From: Eledone cirrhosa
Taxonomy: Eukaryota
Reading direction: 5' to 3'
NCBI GenBank assembly: GCA_964016885.1
Contig: OZ024740.1
Coordinates: 9,300,001-9,364,000, forward strand
DNA: 64,000 nt
The notes under the pieces were generated by a model, which had not been told where the DNA came from, searched no databases, and was given only the letters and a program-made list of their open reading frames with translations. The stretch's first letter is position 1. Each line of letters opens with the position of its first letter. Positions 62,001 through 64,000 of the stretch are shown here, piece by piece. The translations under genes and the position numbers were made by a program.

Positions 62001-64000
62001 GGTATATCGGTTTCGATTGGTATATCAGTTTTGATTGGTATGTCAGTTTCTATTATTATGTCAGTTTCAATTGGTATGTCAGTTTCGATCGGTATGTAAG
62101 TTTTATTGGAATGTCAGTTTTGATTGGTATATCAGTTTTGGTTGGTATGTCAGTTTCGATTGGGATGTCAGTTTCTATTGGTATATCAGTTTCGATTGGT
62201 ATGTCAGTTTCTATTGGTATATCAGTTTCGAATGGTATGTCTGTCTCGATTGGTATGTCCGTTTTGATTGGTATAGCAGTTTCTATTTGTATGTCAGTTT
62301 CGATTTGTATGTCAGTTTCTATTGGTATATCAGTTTCATTTGGTGTGTTTATTTCTATTGGTATGTCAGTTTCGATTAGTATATCAATTTCTATTGGTAT
62401 GTTAGTTTCGATTGGTATGTTAGTTCTCGATTTGTATGTCAGTTTCTATTGGTATATCAGTTTCGATTGGTATGTCAGTTTCGATTGGTATGTCAGTTTC
62501 TATTGGTATATCAGTTTCGCGTAGGTATCTCAGTTTCGATTGGTATGTCAGTTTCAATTGGTAAGTCAATTTCGATTGGTTTATCAGATCCGATTAGTAT
62601 GTCAATTTCTATCAGTATATCAGTTTCCATTGGTATATCAGTTTCGATTGGTATGTCAGTTTCGATTGGTATATCAGTTTCGATTGGTATGTCAGTTTCG
62701 ATTAGTATATCAGTTACTACTTGTATGTCAGTTTCTATTGCTATATCAGTTTTGATTGGTATATCAGTTTCGATTGGTATGTCTGTTTCGATTGGTATAT
62801 CAGTTTCGATTGTTATGTCAGTTTCTATTGGTATATCAGTTTCGGCTGGTATGTTATTTTCGATTGGTATGTTAGTCCTTGATTTGTATGTCAGTTTCTA
62901 TTGGTATATCAGTTTCAATTAGTATATCAGTTACTATTTGTATGTCAGTTTCTATTGGTATATCAGTTTCGATTGGTTTGTCAGTTTCGATTGGTATATT
63001 AGTTTCGATTGGTATGTCAGTTTCGACAGGTATGTAAGTCTCGATTAGTATATCAGTTTCGAATGGTATGTCAGTTTTATTGGTATGTCAATTTCGATTG
63101 GTATATCAGTTTCGGTTGGTATGTTAGTTTCGATTGGTATATCAGTTTCTGTTGGTATGTCAGTTTCGATTTGTATATCAGTTTGTGTTGGTTTTTCAGT
63201 TTCTATTGGTATGTCAGTTTTTATTGGTATATCAGTTTCGATTAGTATATCAGTTTCGATTGGTATGTCAGTTTCGATTGGTATGTCAGATTCGATTGAT
63301 ATATCAGTTTCGATTGTTATGTCAGTTTCTATTAGTATATCAGTTTTGACTGGTATGTTAGTTTCTATTGGTATGTCAGTTTCGATTAGTGTATTAGTTT
63401 CTATTGGTATGTCATTTTCGATTGGTATGTTAGTCCTCGATTTGTATGTCTGTTTCTATTGGTATATCAGTTTCGATTGGTACGTCAGTTTCGATTAGCG
63501 TATCAGTTTCTAATGGTATGTCAGTTTTGATTGGTATATCAGTTTCGATTGGTATGTCAGTTTCGATTGGTATGTTAGTTTCGACTGGTATATCAGTTTC
63601 TATTGCTATGTCAGTTTCGATTGTTATGTCAGTTTCTATTGGTATATCAGTTTCGATTGATATATCAGTTTCGATTTCTATATCAGTTTTGATTGGTATG
63701 TCAGTTTCTATTATTGTGTCAGTTTCTATTGGTATATCAGTTTCGATTGGTATATCGGTTTCGATTGGTATATCAGTTTTGATTGGTATGTCAGTTTCTA
63801 TTATTATGTCAGTTTCAATTGGTATATCAGTTTCGATCGGTATGTAAGTTTTATTGGTATGTCAGTTTTGATTGGTATATCAGTTTTGGTTGGTATGTCA
63901 GTTTCGTTTGGGATGTCAGTTTCGATTGGTATATCAGTTTCGATTGGTATGTCAGTTTCTATGGGTATATCAGTTTCTATTTGTATGTCAGTTTCAATTG
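56044..64000. repeat. 18-bp satellite array, segment 5 (domain B variants)
   Basis: Same monomer with domain B variants. Local duplications, e.g. offset 882 between 58306/59188 and 58618/59500. Runs off the right edge. Confidence 0.99.

Noticed and set aside
20-63847. Hundreds of ORFs encoding (ISVSIG)n, (LVCQFR)n, (WYVSFD)n or (ETDIPI)n, up to 657 aa
   Set aside because: The 18-bp consensus has no stop in five of six frames. ORFs switch frame at 17/19-bp monomers and show no sign of coding constraint, so they are satellite artefacts.
1-64000. CRISPR-like array
   Set aside because: Monomers are directly adjacent with no unique spacers, there are no cas genes, and the context is eukaryotic.
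1-64000. Telomeric array with telomere-specific retrotransposons (SART/TRAS/HeT-A-like)
   Set aside because: The monomer lacks canonical TTAGG(G)-type units and is heterogeneous, and there is no chromosome-end evidence in the window. Chromosomal position cannot be determined here.

Overview
Eukaryotic (animal) heterochromatin-like window. About 88% is one tandem satellite with an 18-bp monomer, consensus ATTGGTAT(A/G)TCAGTTTC(G/T). It has recurrent 17-bp and 19-bp variant monomers and nested kb-scale duplications. Nearly all listed ORFs (ISVSIG/LVCQFR/WYVSFD/ETDIPI repeats) are artefacts of this largely stop-free 18-mer. Four retroposon insertions interrupt the array: (1) an apparently full-length RTE-like LINE (51722-56043) with one open 1056-aa ORF (AP-endonuclease + RT, with a PHD-type C4HC3 finger inserted inside the RT); (2, 3) two 5'-truncated copies of the same LINE (6700-7895, 40459-42018); (4) a tRNA-derived CORE-type SINE (19381-19757) sharing the LINE's structured 3' end. 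All four are on the + strand, end in (TGA)n/(ATG)n tails, and join the satellite at the same monomer position (GT^AT(A/G)). Three have 4-5 bp target duplications. The most interesting reading is a LINE/SINE pair that inserts into this satellite in a fixed phase and orientation, possibly using tail microhomology, a chromatin-reading finger and a covarying hairpin/pseudoknot 3' RNA module. From memory the SINE and tail resemble octopus elements, but I have not verified this. All alignments were done by eye.
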